Assembly: GCF_947568905.1 (NCBI RefSeq)
Contig: NC_079164.1
Location: forward strand, 91,760,001-91,824,000
Direction of reading: 5' to 3'
DNA length: 64,000 nucleotides
Source: Ostrea edulis
Lineage: Eukaryota
Under the pieces are notes generated by a model. The model had not been told where the DNA came from, ran no database searches, and was given only the letters and a program-made list of their open reading frames with translations. The position numbers and the translations under genes are program-made. Position 1 is the first letter of the stretch. The number at the start of each line of letters is the position of its first letter. Below are positions 35,270 through 48,913 of this stretch, piece by piece.

Positions 35270-35520
35270 GTGTACGTCAAAGTGACAATCTCAGTCCAAT
35301 TCTCTTCAAGGTGACTTCATCAATGACTTACCAACATATTTAGAAAAAACTACTGATGCGGTCAAATTACAGTATAAAATGTAGACTGCCCAATGTATAT
35401 GCAGATGACATTGTAATATTTTCTACATCTCCAGAAGGACTCCAAGAAATTCAACTTACTCTACTGTGATGGTAGGGGATTAAAAGTTAACTTACATAAA
35501 ACAATATCTTACTTCATTAC
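35270..35520 (+). pseudogene. Degenerate non-LTR retrotransposon RT fragment
   Basis: GVRQSDNLSPILF and YADDIVIFSTSPEGLQ motifs, with frameshifts. Confidence 0.7.
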
Positions 35521-36867
35521 TTCAATTAATAATTACAAATACAGAAGGTCAATTTGTAGATTCGGAATATCCTCACATAGATTTTTATTGAAACTGGTAG
35601 ATATTACAATGCTCCTAGAAACCTACGCGTCTGAAAACAAAAAATGTAATAGACACTCAGCGAGAGGGAGCTATTCAAATTTTTTGAAATGTTTACAGTG
35701 AACAAATTGGAATTATAAGAAACAAACATTCTTTTTGAAGAATTTATCGTTGTGTAAACTCCGGACATTTTACTCACAAACTTAACATAAAAGTGCTTCG
35801 CACTCTTATTCAATTTGTAAGTAAAATGTCCATCAATAAATTCTTCGAAAAGAATGTTTAATCCTATTGTATGTTTTGCTCCTGATGTCCTGTTTGGGCT
35901 CTGAATAAGAAACAAATATACTCTATTCTTTGCTATTCGAGAGCCCTTTGTCCAATGATCATCAGTTTGTAGATTACATGGTCATTGATAGAAGATTCAG
36001 GTAAAAAATAAATGAAATTAGACTTACAAGTACTTTTTTTTTTTGCTTCTCTACCAGTGTATCATAGAGAAGAGGAATTTGTAAGTCTAATCAAATACAT
36101 AATTATCAAACTTCATATAGGGAAAGGAACAGGTCATGTGTAGACAACATCTTTTGCCTGAAAAACATAATTGAGCTGAGTTTGGAATGGCGATCCTCAT
36201 TGTATATTAATTTTATAGACTTTGAGAAAGTGTTTGACAGCATACATCGGGCCACGCTGTGGAAAATAATGGAGGGATATGGAATCCCCAAAAAAGATCA
36301 TATAGGCATTATAAAAAACACACATGTATAATGGATTCCGATGCGCAGTGAGACATGAAGAATCAACATCCGAATGGTTTCTGATAACATCTGGTGTGAG
36401 ACAAGGGTGCATCATCTCACCATTCATGTTCCTTCTATGCATTGACCAATGAACGGACATAGAAAAAGGGGGAGCGAGATTGAAGGTTTGGTTTTAATCA
36501 GACTGCATTGACGAGATGGTGGGACGAGTGACACAGGAGTGACACTGGAAATTTACAGCGAGACTAAAGAATATAGATTTTGCAGATGACATCAGAATAG
36601 GAAAGGCAGCTATATAGCTTTTCAAAAACTGAGAAACATCTGAAAATCAAGAAAAATCTCGAGAAAACCCAGATTAAGCAATGATGGATCAGTGCTATTA
36701 TATGCTACAGAAACATAGAGGGCCAACAAGGAGGTAGAGAACAGACTGAGAGAGTTTGAAGGAAGATATTGAAGATGGTGGCAAGATCGGGTCAGCAATA
36801 AGGAGGTGCGGAGAGAACTGGAATAGGAGACATAGACATGGAGATAAAGCGCAGAATGCGGAGATAT

Positions 36868-37326
36868 CATTGTTATTTCGGATTTCAAACATTTCGGTTG
36901 AGCATCACTGAAGAGACATTATTTATCGAAATACGTATCTGGTGCATCAAAATTGGTACCGTATAAGTTTTACATTATGACCCCTGGGTCGAGGCCTCTG
37001 CTGGTGGACTGTTAGTCCTCGAGGGTCTCTACAGCCCAGTAGCTAAGTACTTCGTTACTAGCTTGAAAATACGGATGTATATTTAATTGCTGTTATAAAA
37101 TTTAGAAATTCATTTCAAAATTAAGGATTATCTCCCTCATGCATAGCTCTTATCCTTAGACGAATTTGACTCCACTTTTTTTGGCACGCTGTTTTTCCCT
37201 ATAATAGCTCTAAAACTTCATTGTTATTTCGGATTTCAAACATTTCGGTTGAGCATCACTGAAGAGACATTATTTGTCGAAATGCGCATCTGGTGCATCA
37301 AAATTGGTACCGTATAAGTTTTACAT
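36868..37326 (+). mobile_element. Retrozyme-like / non-autonomous Penelope-type element: 108-bp direct repeats each containing a minimal type I hammerhead, 351-nt period
   Basis: Repeats 36868-36975 and 37219-37326. Each has GCATCA-CTGAAGA-stem II-GAAA-palindrome-TC-TGGTGC. Confidence 0.8.
37249..37301 (+). ncRNA. Minimal type I hammerhead ribozyme (intact copy; a second copy is at ~36898-36950)
   Basis: Core CUGAAGA 37259-37265, stem II GACA/UGUC, GAAA 37279-37282, palindromic helix III A-UGCGCA-U, predicted cleavage after C37290, and stem I GCAUCA/UGGUGC. Folded by eye. Confidence 0.75.
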
Positions 37327-37589
37327 CTGGGACATGTACTTAGAATGAAGGAATACAGCATTGGAAGAAGAGCTATAAAACGGGCACCAATCCATAAGAA
37401 ACTCTGGAGGAATTAGGTTTATAGCAGATTTGTCTTGTGTTGTGGTCCCAGGATAGTTTCTGATGGATTGTGACCCCTTGCTACTTTCATTACTTTTAAC
37501 TTATGGTTATGTGCATGTATAGTATAAGGTAGGAGACTCTTGATTGGGAATGTCTACTGGTGGTATGTAGACCTTGTCACTTTGTGGCT

Positions 37590-38520
37590 GGAATTCCATG
37601 AGCTACGGTATGAAATCACTCTCCCATTGTGGTAATGAATCTGGGTCATGTTGGAGTTGACTTGCATCTAAAGGCATTTCATCCCTGTAGAGATTGCACT
37701 CCTCTGAGCAGAGTTTCACTGTTGTTAAATTGGACATCCACGCTGGTAGATCTCTGAGGAATAGTAGAAACAAGATAGGACAGAAAACGCTGTCCTGTGG
37801 CACTCCTCATTCAACGGATTCTGATGCGATGGCTTCTAGCACCACTCACTATTCCCGTCCATTCAGTAAGGCAGATTGTTGCCTCTGATGCCATAATGAC
37901 GGATCTTACGCAAACCCCTTTGGTGGGCTACCTCGTCGAATGCCTCTGAAAAACCTAGCAGTATTGCATATGTTTGTCCTTTATTGTATGCACTTCTAGC
38001 AAGGTATTGGAGAATACTGAAAAGTTGTATCTGATAGGATCTGGATCTCCCTGAAGCCATGTTGGGCATCTATCAGGACGTACTGTCGATCACAATGCCC
38101 CGTGACTCGTGCTGCTTGACTTCACAGACAAAGGATGTTACAGGGACACTGATCTATAGTAAGGTACGCAGTTTTTCATTCCAGTCTAGAGGTATTGTAC
38201 CTCGCTCTACTGACGTTTGGAATAGGATAGTTCTGTGACGTAGTCCTTCAGTAACCACGTGGGGATTCCATTAAGACCACTGGCTATATGGATGTTAAGT
38301 TTGTACAGATATACAACAGTTTCTTTTTACACCATTTTCTCAGACGTATGTCTATGTTTGGCACGGATATGATGATGATGTTTTCAGGCTCCTTATGGTG
38401 GGTGGATCGTCAGAGGAGTTGAACACTGGTGAGAACTGGCCATCTAGAATGTTGGCTTTCATGACTGGGTCTGAATACTGAGTGATTCCATCACTTGCAT
38501 GAAGTAGCAATACATAAGAA
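37590..38520 (-). pseudogene. Degenerate CR1/L2-type LINE RT fragment
   Basis: Minus-strand pieces AILLGFSEAFDEVAHQRGLRKIRHYGIRGN and PQDSVFCPILFLLFLRDLP, with frameshifts. Confidence 0.75.
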
Positions 38521-39429
38521 TTTTTAGTTCTTTTGCTCAAAATAAAGCATGATAATTGGTATTGTAATCATTTTGTGTTCTTGTCGCCTTCTTGAGAAGT
38601 TTGTATCACCGTTGGTCCTTCGCTGATTTTGCCTCATTTACCTTCTTGAAGCATTTTTTTTGGGGGGGGGGGGCGAAATTCTTAATTTGTCTATTATCCA
38701 TGGTTAGTCAAATCAACTGCTGGTCACTTTGGATGGAACAACTTTGTATGAGATGGCGGGTAGGTTGGAGTTGATTTCAGTTCACATCTTGTTAACGTCA
38801 GATGTTATAACTAAACTGTTGATGAAGGTCTTTTCAGAGGTGGTTATTTCATGCTGTTAATATCGGTATGCTTCAGATTAAAATATTCCTTGTTGGTTTA
38901 CATCTGGATGCATAGATCGGTGAATAAATGCGATATCATGATCTGCACTCTTTGTTGTTTGGTCTTGAAGATGTGGATGTGGATGAGCTGTGAAGTGGTA
39001 GTCTAGGGTTAGTTGGGCTTGTAACACCCACGCCTTCCACATTGGCGCCTGGGTCAAGGATATTACACTATAACCCATATGAATGAAGAAAATTCGAACC
39101 ACGAATAAATATTTCTTTCCGATCTATTGTGTCTCTTTTTACATTTTTTTTTTCATGTTTCAGGAAGCTTAACTACATGTGTCATTACCACATAACACTA
39201 AGTTATCCTCGTTTTAAAAAATGTCTTATCCCTATATTTCCTCCCTTGTTTACATATAGGTTATAGTGTAATATCCTTGACCCAGGCGCCCATGGCCTTC
39301 CAGTACCTAAAACCTTTTGGTGTTTGAGTCTTAGATAAATGATTTAAGGCAGACTGATAGCAAACGTTATCAATCCACAGTTATGTCAGTATCACGAGAT
39401 GTTGTTTAGGCACGTACCGGTATAATAGC

Positions 39430-39680
39430 CGATTGATTGATTGTGTAACGTCCCTCTCGAGAATATTTCACTCATATGGAGACGTTACCATTGCTAGTGA
39501 TGGGTTGCAAATTTTAGGCCTATGCTCGGCGCTTACGGTCTTTGAGCAGGGAGGGATCTTTATCGTGCCACACCTGCTATGACACAGGACCACGGTTTTT
39601 GCGGTCTCATACGAAAGACCGCACCATTTAGTCGCCTCTTACGACAAGCAAATGGTACTAAAGACCTATTTTAACCGGGA
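39430..39680 (-). mobile_element. SINE copy (same family as 30361-30635)
   Basis: Direct similarity to 30361-30635, including the (GATT)n tail. Confidence 0.75.
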
Positions 39681-40111
39681 TTGTTGACATTTGCAGACAG
39701 TTTGCATGAAACCATTCGCAGGCAATACCCTTTAATTTCCATGTCCAAAACCGGAAGTTTACTATTTGTTTTGAGTAAATGTGGGAAGAATGACTATAGT
39801 ACCGGGATTGAGATTGGTTCGTTTGGTCATGCAGATACTGGTAAAACTTACTGATTACACTTGGATTTCCGCAGAAAATAAGGACAGTGTGTTGTTATTT
39901 GATGTTCCTGAACGAAAAGATTAACTAACACCACATATGGATCTGCTGAGTCTTGTCTGATGAAGCTGATTCAGAACACACGCAGGGTTTGCTTTCTGCT
40001 CAGGTAAGGTTGGTTAATATTCTTGTCTGCATGGTTGTCTACAGACGAATGAAGGGAAGAGATGCATGTTGATTCCATCGAGTTGTCTGTTGACGGACGA
40101 ACGGAGGATAT

Positions 40112-40145
<34 letters not shown>

Positions 40146-40474
40146 TTATGTAAATTATAGAATAACCATATTGCAGCTTCTTCACTAGTAAATTGATAAC
40201 AGACATTTAAGTGCGGATATTACCGTCTTATGACAGCATCTAATTCTTTTAATATATTACAAGCTCTTGAGACTGAATATCCCATATCAACTTTACAAAC
40301 CATATGGTGTTAATGATTCTGGTCGATCCATGATACCCGTTTCCGGTTCTATGTCCATTTTACGAAATGATCGCTTAGTTTAATATAGGAATAATCTTTA
40401 TCTAATTGGGATGACTTTTTGTTGATTTTGTTATTTCGCTCCTGATTATTTGTTTTTCAATTGTAAAAACAGTA

Positions 40475-40530
<56 letters not shown>
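40475..40530. repeat. (TG)n(AG)n compound microsatellite
   Basis: Read directly. Confidence 0.95.
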
Positions 40531-40533
<3 letters not shown>

Positions 40534-40743
40534 CATGCATGTACTTGACAAAAAAAGCAGATCCACATATATTGAATACATTGTTTACATAAAATTACAA
40601 ATCGACATAAACAATATAAAATCCACAATGACGTAATAACTTTATGACAGTGAATGCTGTCTTATAAAAGGGATTGGCTAGTAAAGTATCTGTATTTTGA
40701 TTTCTTTCATTCCTCCACTCTGCACTCTCCTCCGTTTCATACA

Positions 40744-41281
40744 TCACTTTAACTGAAGAAATTCCAACAGTCTTCCGTCCTCATTTGCGTCGTCAAAAGC
40801 TTGGAAATCCTGGTAAAATAAAACACAAACATTGAATGTGTGAAAGCAGTAAGAAGTATCTTACTCAAAAATAACGTCACACATTGTACACATTGAGCCA
40901 CAAACCTAATAGTCAAGACAGTCGATACCTCAAAACCCCACCCAGCCTCCCTGAAGATTTCTGGACCCGCCACTGAGACACTCGATACGTAACAAGTTCT
41001 ATATTATGTCATACAAATATCTTTTCCCATGGCGTTGTTTGCACCAATGTCAGCAGTTTCGCTACCGATAACGAAAGTTCGAAACATATCACAGGAATCA
41101 AACTCGAGACCACACCCCCAGATACTTCTATATGAATGAGGACCACCCAGATGATAAGAGGCCCATGGTCAACAACACTCACCGGATCAATTGTATTTTC
41201 CTTGTGTCAAACTTTGAAACTCCTATGGTGCGAGCAAACTTGAATCTACACTAAATGAGGTTTGATTGTAACGTCTCTCTT

Positions 41282-41313
<32 letters not shown>

Positions 41314-43996
41314 AGATCGGTAAAGGACTTCAAAAGGCCTTTGCTCGGCGCTTACGGCCAATTCAAAATATTGCAACCATGTGGTTCCTGAGAGGAATTT
41401 AAAACAAATTCTTTTATATTCATAGGGAAAAGTTTATACCCCTTTAATTCCAACCCCCATGGGTTAATTGTACTCTAATTTCACAATTTGTACTCTTGAA
41501 GTTTTTGAGATTTTCAAAGAATTTTTCAACATACAACTGTACCCCTATGTAAAATAGTTCAACCTCTGAACACTGTGGCCCTGCCCTGGTCAGGCGAGCC
41601 ATGGTGATGACAAAACTTAAATCTACACTACGTGAGGATGCTTGCATATCAATTCGGTAAATCATCTCGTGATTCCCGATAGAAAGATTTTGAGAGATTT
41701 TTCCGACAATTATTTGGATTATTCCTTTAACCGTGAATTATTTTTAATATCTTTCCCACCTCTGTCACATACCCAAATGGTCACAAATAAGAATCTACAC
41801 TTTGTGAGGAAGCTTGCATATTATAATTTTTCTGGATTTGGAGAAGAAGAGTTTGAAAGCATTTTCCTATAGCTTCCCGTGTAAACCTTTTAACATCTAT
41901 TGTGGCCGTGTCCCGGCCCTGGGCATGGTGGTGCCAGTAAACTTACAGATACACTACCTAATGATGACAATTTACATGTTGTTATTCTTAAGAAAACAAG
42001 TTTGAAAGAATTTCCCTAAATATTCCTTTGTGAAACTTTCAATCTTGTTTTGGCCCACCCTAACCCCTTGAGTCAGGGTCTGAATGAACTTGAATCTACA
42101 TATCAAATAAGGAGACGTTTGTACAAGTTTTCGGCTTTTCTGGTCGTTGAGAGAAGATTCTAACATCTTACTTATTTTTTACTATTTCCCAAATTTTCTC
42201 CCTTGGAAAGGGACATATATAGTACTTCATCTGTACGAATCCCAGTCCACTTTACTTCGGAATACTTTGTGTAAAGTGGAAAGTGAAGAGGTTTGCAGAC
42301 AGACAAACGAAGGACAACCTTCATATCAGAAAAGCTCACTTGAGCAGCTTTCAGCTAAACCATAACATACAGTAACATACCACAGGCCCCTGGGGCCGAA
42401 TTCTCTACCTTTCAATATTAATAAAAACCACTGGACGTTTTGTACAAGAGCATATTTGTCCCCTGGGGTGTAGGTAAGGTGGACGTCTGGTGCCCCATGC
42501 CAATCAAACCCTCCGATACCAGCTCTAAATCTGAAAATCTGATTTTGCTGTAAAAATGTGCTATTGTGATAGTTTTGTATGTAACTTTAACCATTATCAT
42601 TGATAAAATTAAAACTAAGATTTTATCAAAATAAAGATTTTGGTGCTATTGCATATATAGCATTATGTAAAAATCAATTTTTGTACGGGAAGACAATAAT
42701 GTAATTTTGCTTCATTCAGAGCCGTTTAATGGGTTTTCTGACACGAATATTAATAACGAAAGTTTATATACCTTCATTTTTTTTCCATTGAAATAGTAAA
42801 TCACAATTTTACAACAAAATGTTCCCGACATCAAAATGACAGCTAATTTACTTTAACAAACTGTAAGGTTAGTTTGAATAAGAAAAATACCTTCATTAAT
42901 CTTATTTTTATTTATGCTTTTGTGTTCATCAAATTATCAGCTTTCATGGGTCGCAATGGGAAACGTCCCGGAGACTGATGATTTTAGAAATTTCATGATA
43001 CGTTTTTAACACACACCCCACCCCCACCCCCATCCCCACGGCATTCATGTACATTACTCTTCAAATGGCCCTACATTCTAGTGTAGATACAGATCCAATT
43101 CATCAGAAGTCGATAGGTCATGGATTCATCGCTATTTAAAGTAATGGAAACAAATTTTTGTTTGACCTTGTCAATTTAAGATAAGTTTACTGTGTACAAT
43201 GTGCTAGTCTACATAACCGTGCATTACTGAAGATGATTTACCCCGCAATACGTGTCTCCATTAAATATCTGGGGAGGTAATAAGTCGGGTATCCCGGCCC
43301 TGGCCCGCATCTCCTCCCGGACCTCCTGGTTCTTACTCAGGTCTATCTCCTCATAAGGGATCTTCTTGCCGTCCAGAATCAGTTTTATTCGATTCTGTTT
43401 TATGTATATCTGGAAACAAAATTCGTACAAAGTTGAATGAAATGCTCCACGTCTATGAGTAAAAATAGATTGTGAAGATCTGTGTTTGTCACATTAGTTT
43501 GATTTTACGTATATAATATTTTACATCCCTCTTGCCTTGGATGAAGTGCACCCTCTTACACTGGAACCTTTGTAAGACGTAATCTCGAGAATGAAGAGGG
43601 TTTAAGATGGAAAATGAGTATAGTGATATAATACTATGGGCGTGTGTAACGAGTGTGAAATGTACTCCACACGAGCATCATTGCATGCAGAAGAGTAGTG
43701 CCCAGACCCTACTGTCAATACAATAATGCTATTGTACAAGATGGAATTATTGGAAAAAGTAAAATTCCCAATAAACATTCACAGCATCTTTGTCTGCTAG
43801 ACGGAAAAATCAACCAAGATATCAGTTATCAAAACAAAGCGGAAGCCCAACACAAACTACAAATCGTGATCGAAATTTGTAGAGTTATAAACAAAATCAC
43901 AAAAAGAAAATAGTAGCAAGTAAAAATAAGGACATTTAACGTTGTACTCACCTCCCGGTTAGTAGCCACCGTAGTCATGTAGAATTTAATCGTCAT
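40744..43996 (-). CDS. SH3BGRL: SH3 domain-binding glutamic acid-rich-like protein (SH3BGRL/SH3BGRL3-like, glutaredoxin fold), 92 aa
   Basis: Exons 43996-43952, 43409-43242 and 40809-40744, all phase 0 and GT-AG: MTIKFYMTTVATNRE|IYIKQNRIKLILDGKKIPYEEIDLSKNQEVREEMRARAGIPDLLPPQIFNGDTYCG|DFQAFDDANEDGRLLEFLQLK*. The PPQIFNG..YCGD motif is characteristic of the family. Confidence 0.9.
41156..42359 (-). mobile_element. HINE/CvA-pearl-like element with a nested SINE fragment (SH3BGRL intron)
   Basis: Ends AAGAGGCCCATGG... and ...GCTCACTTGAGC...AGCTAAA, matching the 17784 family in reverse. Confidence 0.6.
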
Positions 43997-45091
43997 CTTT
44001 CTCTATATACTATAGATATACGCTGTATATACAGTAGCGCTGTGTTTGAGGCCGATAAGTAGCAGCCAGCATCCCTGTCGGATCCCCCCTGTGATGAGCA
44101 AGGCTGATGATTCAGCATCGAGATGCACGAGTGTGCACATGGCTATCAATTTTTGGCAAAGTTGTAGAGCTGCATGTTTGAATGGCTACTCATGAAATGA
44201 ATTATGCGCCAGTGACAACTGAATTAATTTTAGGAAATGAAGAAAAGATTTTTTTTGGCTGGGGTCTTCACGCATACGTACGTATCCTTTTGCAGGCCTC
44301 ACTTCGGGGAGTGGGGAAAGTTTCACACCAGCTTTCATTCATGAATGCTTGTTAGATTATGTCCAGATGGGAAATTAGCGAAAAATAAATGTTTCCAGTG
44401 AAATTAATTTCGTGTGAAATATAGCCCTATCGTTCCTTGTTCGAATAAAAAAAATACATGTACAAACATCTTTCTTTATTATCAAACAGACTTTTCTGCG
44501 TTGACATTAATGTGATCTATCTATTAAGGTGAAAGAAAATGCAGAGAGTACATATATTTAAAAAAATGTGATTAGGAATATTCAAACAATTTAACATAAG
44601 TGGATTTAGAAGAGCGGGGGTGAGAGATGAATCCCACACCCCTTCCCTCTTGAAGGATTTTAGATTTATATTATTATATTTGAGATATACGCGTTATTAA
44701 ACTAAACATACTATGAATGCTAGTTTACAATTAGTATCCTGGAAATTCCAGTTTGAAGAAAGCTCCGCTGACTATCCCTGTACATACATAAATCATACCG
44801 TTCACCTTGCAGCCTGTATGTAGAGCTAATCAACAATTTCAATTTGGTTGCACTTTGCAATTAAAAAAAGTAAATCAGTCGCGTCGGAAGATCTCGAATT
44901 TTTAAAAATACAATGTAATTAATCCCCAGAACACCGCTTTGCTACACCCCACCCATTTGAAAATCATGGATCCAGGCCTGGAATTAATATCATACAACCA
45001 TTCTTTTGCTTGACCGAGACCGAAGACCGGGACCGAGACCGGGATTTAGTCAGGTACCGATACCATGCATATATAAATCTCAATATATTGA

Positions 45092-45129
<38 letters not shown>

Positions 45130-46004
45130 TTCAAACTTGATAGCATAAGCATCCTATACTTGTGAATCAGTTGAGCCATCCCTGGGCCCTGGGACTGGAC
45201 AGTGGGTCATAAGAAATTGTAATATCAAATCCAGAGAAACTAAATCTTGCGAAATTATAGACGATATAAGAATGCAGTGATTCAAGAAAGGCCGCGCTAT
45301 ATTGTGTGGTCGTAAATTAAAATATATCAGTAAAATTACTGGCTACTATATAGTATCCAACAAATAATAAACCAATCGCAATCATTTTATCTTTTAACAC
45401 CACAAATGCTCAAATTAAGAAACAGTTTTTGGCGATATCTTCTCATTTAATCAATCAAACGATTTAATGGAATCGGTTTCGAATGTTTCGATGTTTTCAA
45501 AGTGGCGTAATTAAAGTCGCTTTCATCCAATCATTTGGTTGATTAAATTATTGATATTGTCCAAAAGTATTTATTTTGAGCATAAAATTGGCATCTTCTC
45601 GACATATTTTCAGCAACTTACATCAAATATCATCTTTCAAAATTCGTGTATAAATTAGCCATGCAGGGCGACATTCATTTTAGTAGCTTAATATTTGACG
45701 ATAAGCTGCAAGTTCTTGTGTTAATTTAACTACAACCAAGACGAGAAAAATATGTCGTTCAGTGCATAAAGATGCACAGGTGCTTGAGTTCAGGACTCCC
45801 CCCCCCCCCCTCCGAATAAGCTACATGAGTTGATTTAATTATTTTTTTGTTGAAAACATTTCTAATACATGCCAACAACATCGTGCATACCCCTAAAGTC
45901 CAAAATAAATCAAAATAAGCCCTTTTAGAAAAATACCCTCACTGGTTCTGTTTTAATAACCAGTGAGGGTATAGAGGGCATGTATTATTGAATTAAAAAA
46001 GTCG

Positions 46005-46325
46005 TTTAATCATGTGGAAAGTCAACATAATTATCTGACAAGTTAACATAATCATCTGACAAGTCGAAGAAGAAGAAAAAAGAAAAGAAAAAGAACTGAC
46101 AAGTTGACATAATGATCTGATTTAGATTTAGACTTATTAGATCATTATGTCGACTTGTCAGATCATTATGTTGATGGCACATTCTGGGCATGAAAGCATT
46201 TTACGGTTACTTTTTAAACTTTTTTATTATCTGACAAGTCAACATGATGATCTGACATGTCGACATGATTATCTGACAAGTCGACATGATTATCTGACAA
46301 GTGATGTCAGAAATATGCCACCATA
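46005..46325. repeat. Array of ~21-bp GACAAGTCGACATGATTATCT modules ending in ...GCCACCATA (partial IS3EU-like MITE)
   Basis: Direct and inverted modules. Only one TATGG-type terminus is seen. Confidence 0.5.
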
Positions 46326-48913
46326 ATATGTACAGCGGTATATCCAAGTTAATGTATGCTTATGAATTTCCAGTAACAGATATCCTATGGAAATGTCAAC
46401 AAAGTTACTCTCAGAGGAGCCCTATTGAAATATACATGTAATCAATAAAAAGAAATGTTCTGGATCCCTGTTTGTTTCTAGTTTTCAAGAGAGACGGAAT
46501 TAATATTTTTTTTCAAGATGAAATACTACCTAAGATAATATTTCCCCGATTTTACGCGTTGATTAGCTTAATCCACATGTGGCTGATGATATGAACAAAT
46601 AAAGGTACCTGTTTAAATCATTTCCACTCGGTAATAAGCACACTAAAGTGTATACGAGAACAAATATAATGTTTCCTACGAAAACTACCGGTGTTAAATA
46701 GTTTTATCTGATAATTCAGGTAGCGCATGCTTTAAAAGGCATTAAAATCCCATAGCCTTTAAGAAGTTAAACATACCTTTTCGCACAATACTATATATTG
46801 ATCGTTTTAGTAGACTTTTAAATGCGGTATTCATTGTTCCTCTGCGGGGAGATTCAAACAGAATTGTCACTAATACCGGTCGGGAGTTATCTGCCCGGTA
46901 TCAGACCCAACGAGTCCTTGACAACCTGCCCAAATGCATATCTAGAGCGCTACTGACGGAATCGGTGGGGGGAAATGGATGAGGAGTCCCTCAAAGGTAG
47001 GATTCATTTCTTTGGTGTACGATGGAGTCGGTAAATATTGCGCAGACCGCCATTCCGGAATACAAGAACTTGATGATAGAATTGTCACGGTTGCGAATAA
47101 TAATCACGTCTACTGTGCTGTAATTTTACGATTTTATATGAAAATTTCATAATATTTGGAATTACTAGAGAGTTTAATGAATGTTTACAAAACAACGATT
47201 ATCGGATAATTTATATCCAGTCATTCACTAAAACGAAAACTTACTTTCACCATAATCAACTTAACACACACACGCACGTCAACGCGTTTTTGTACAATTT
47301 TCAGGATAATTTAACACTACGCTCATACTTAACACAGGTGTTTGACGAATGTGCATTGCTGGGTAGATACATCTTCAAAATAAATATCCATGATAAAAAA
47401 AATTGGCAGTGCATGAATATAGACCTTTTTCTACCAGCCGTGAACTTTCGAGGTCAAAGTATAACATAAGGTTTCAACAAATGTACTAATATAATTATAT
47501 TGACTCTCCTCAAATATTTGTCTTGTCAATACTAATAGCTAGAACATTAATGATTAACTATCGACTAATTCTTTAACAGGGACTGTTTAGAAACCACTTG
47601 CAGAATATATGTATTATTTGAAAACGACCGCATTTGCATTTGGGTACAACGTTTCGTTTTGACATCGGATTATTTATCATATTAAACGAACGGCTTTAAA
47701 CGAACAACGGCCCAGAATATCAGCACCGTAAAAATAACAAGCTAGGTCAATCCGTCAATCCTTCTACACGGATTCCTTCTGTCATGTCCATAATTGTGCT
47801 CAAATTTTTTAAACAAACGATATAGAATAGCAAATTAAATCTTGTAGAAATGCCGAAGCGAACCTTTGTTTTAAGATGATACAAATATGGTGCGTAAAGT
47901 ATCTCGCAAACTGCACATGTATTCTACAGGTTTCTGTTGGTATCTTTTAAATTGTCCTATAAAACATTATACAAAGTATTTTAGACTTTCTATACATTAA
48001 ATTAGATTTTGGATTAAATTATCAAACTTTTAATACCCCGACTGAATAGTGCTAGACAAGCCACTTAAACTGACAAGTTCTATGTGTTAAAAAGGTCTGC
48101 GCTTATCTACAAAAACATGCTATCTTTTTAATAAAAAACTAAGTACGTCCTTTCAGATGTCAAGAATCGCTATTGATCTGTCGATATAGATGTTTGACTT
48201 TGATAAGTAGCGGCTGTCTACTCATTTCTTTTTTGGAATGATACAGACGGAATTCACTGGCAAATATTATCGTACAAACTTAAATTTCCCGATCAAACCA
48301 GTTATATTGAAGAAATTGACTTTTAAAAAATGTTTACCCTCGTATGGAATTAACGACATATGGCGTCTCTTTTGTGATTAGCTCATATGATATGACTAAG
48401 GTTACTAACAGCAGCAGACTCGTGCGTCAAATTTTATATTAATAAATGGGGGGGGGGGGGATTATATCGTGGAAACTCGACAAAATACTGCATCCTTCAT
48501 ACTTAATTACCCCATAGCTGTGAATTTCAAATAGCACACATTGTTTACGTCACTGTTATCTCCTGCAATGTTTGACATCGTCGTCTGTTTGTAAGGAATG
48601 GTGGCGCGAGGCATTCTTTTTCAAAGATTTATATGACATTTCACGACATGTCAAAGAGAGCTTGCATAACGTGTCGGGAAATCCAAACACTTCTAAAGTT
48701 ATTAGCGAGTACAATCTTTACTCTTCCACTATTTCATGATTTTCGTTGTAAATCATTATTGTAAATCTGGTAGCAGTGGAATGTCTTCAATAGATTGTCA
48801 TTGTATTAGAATTTAGCATTAATATTGTACATACAAGTATGTAGATTCTTTACTGAAGGAAATCCAGTCCTAACTAGCAGTGTGCTTCTATCTTCATACA
48901 TTTTCACTCTTAG

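Larger units (their letters stand above)
36085..37400 (+). mobile_element. Degenerate RTE-clade LINE RT, interrupted by a hammerhead-bearing element
   Basis: NRSCVDNIF...LYINFIDFEKVFDSIHRATLWKIMEGYGIP, GVRQGCIISP and DFADDI. LGHVLRM resumes immediately after 37326. Confidence 0.8.
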
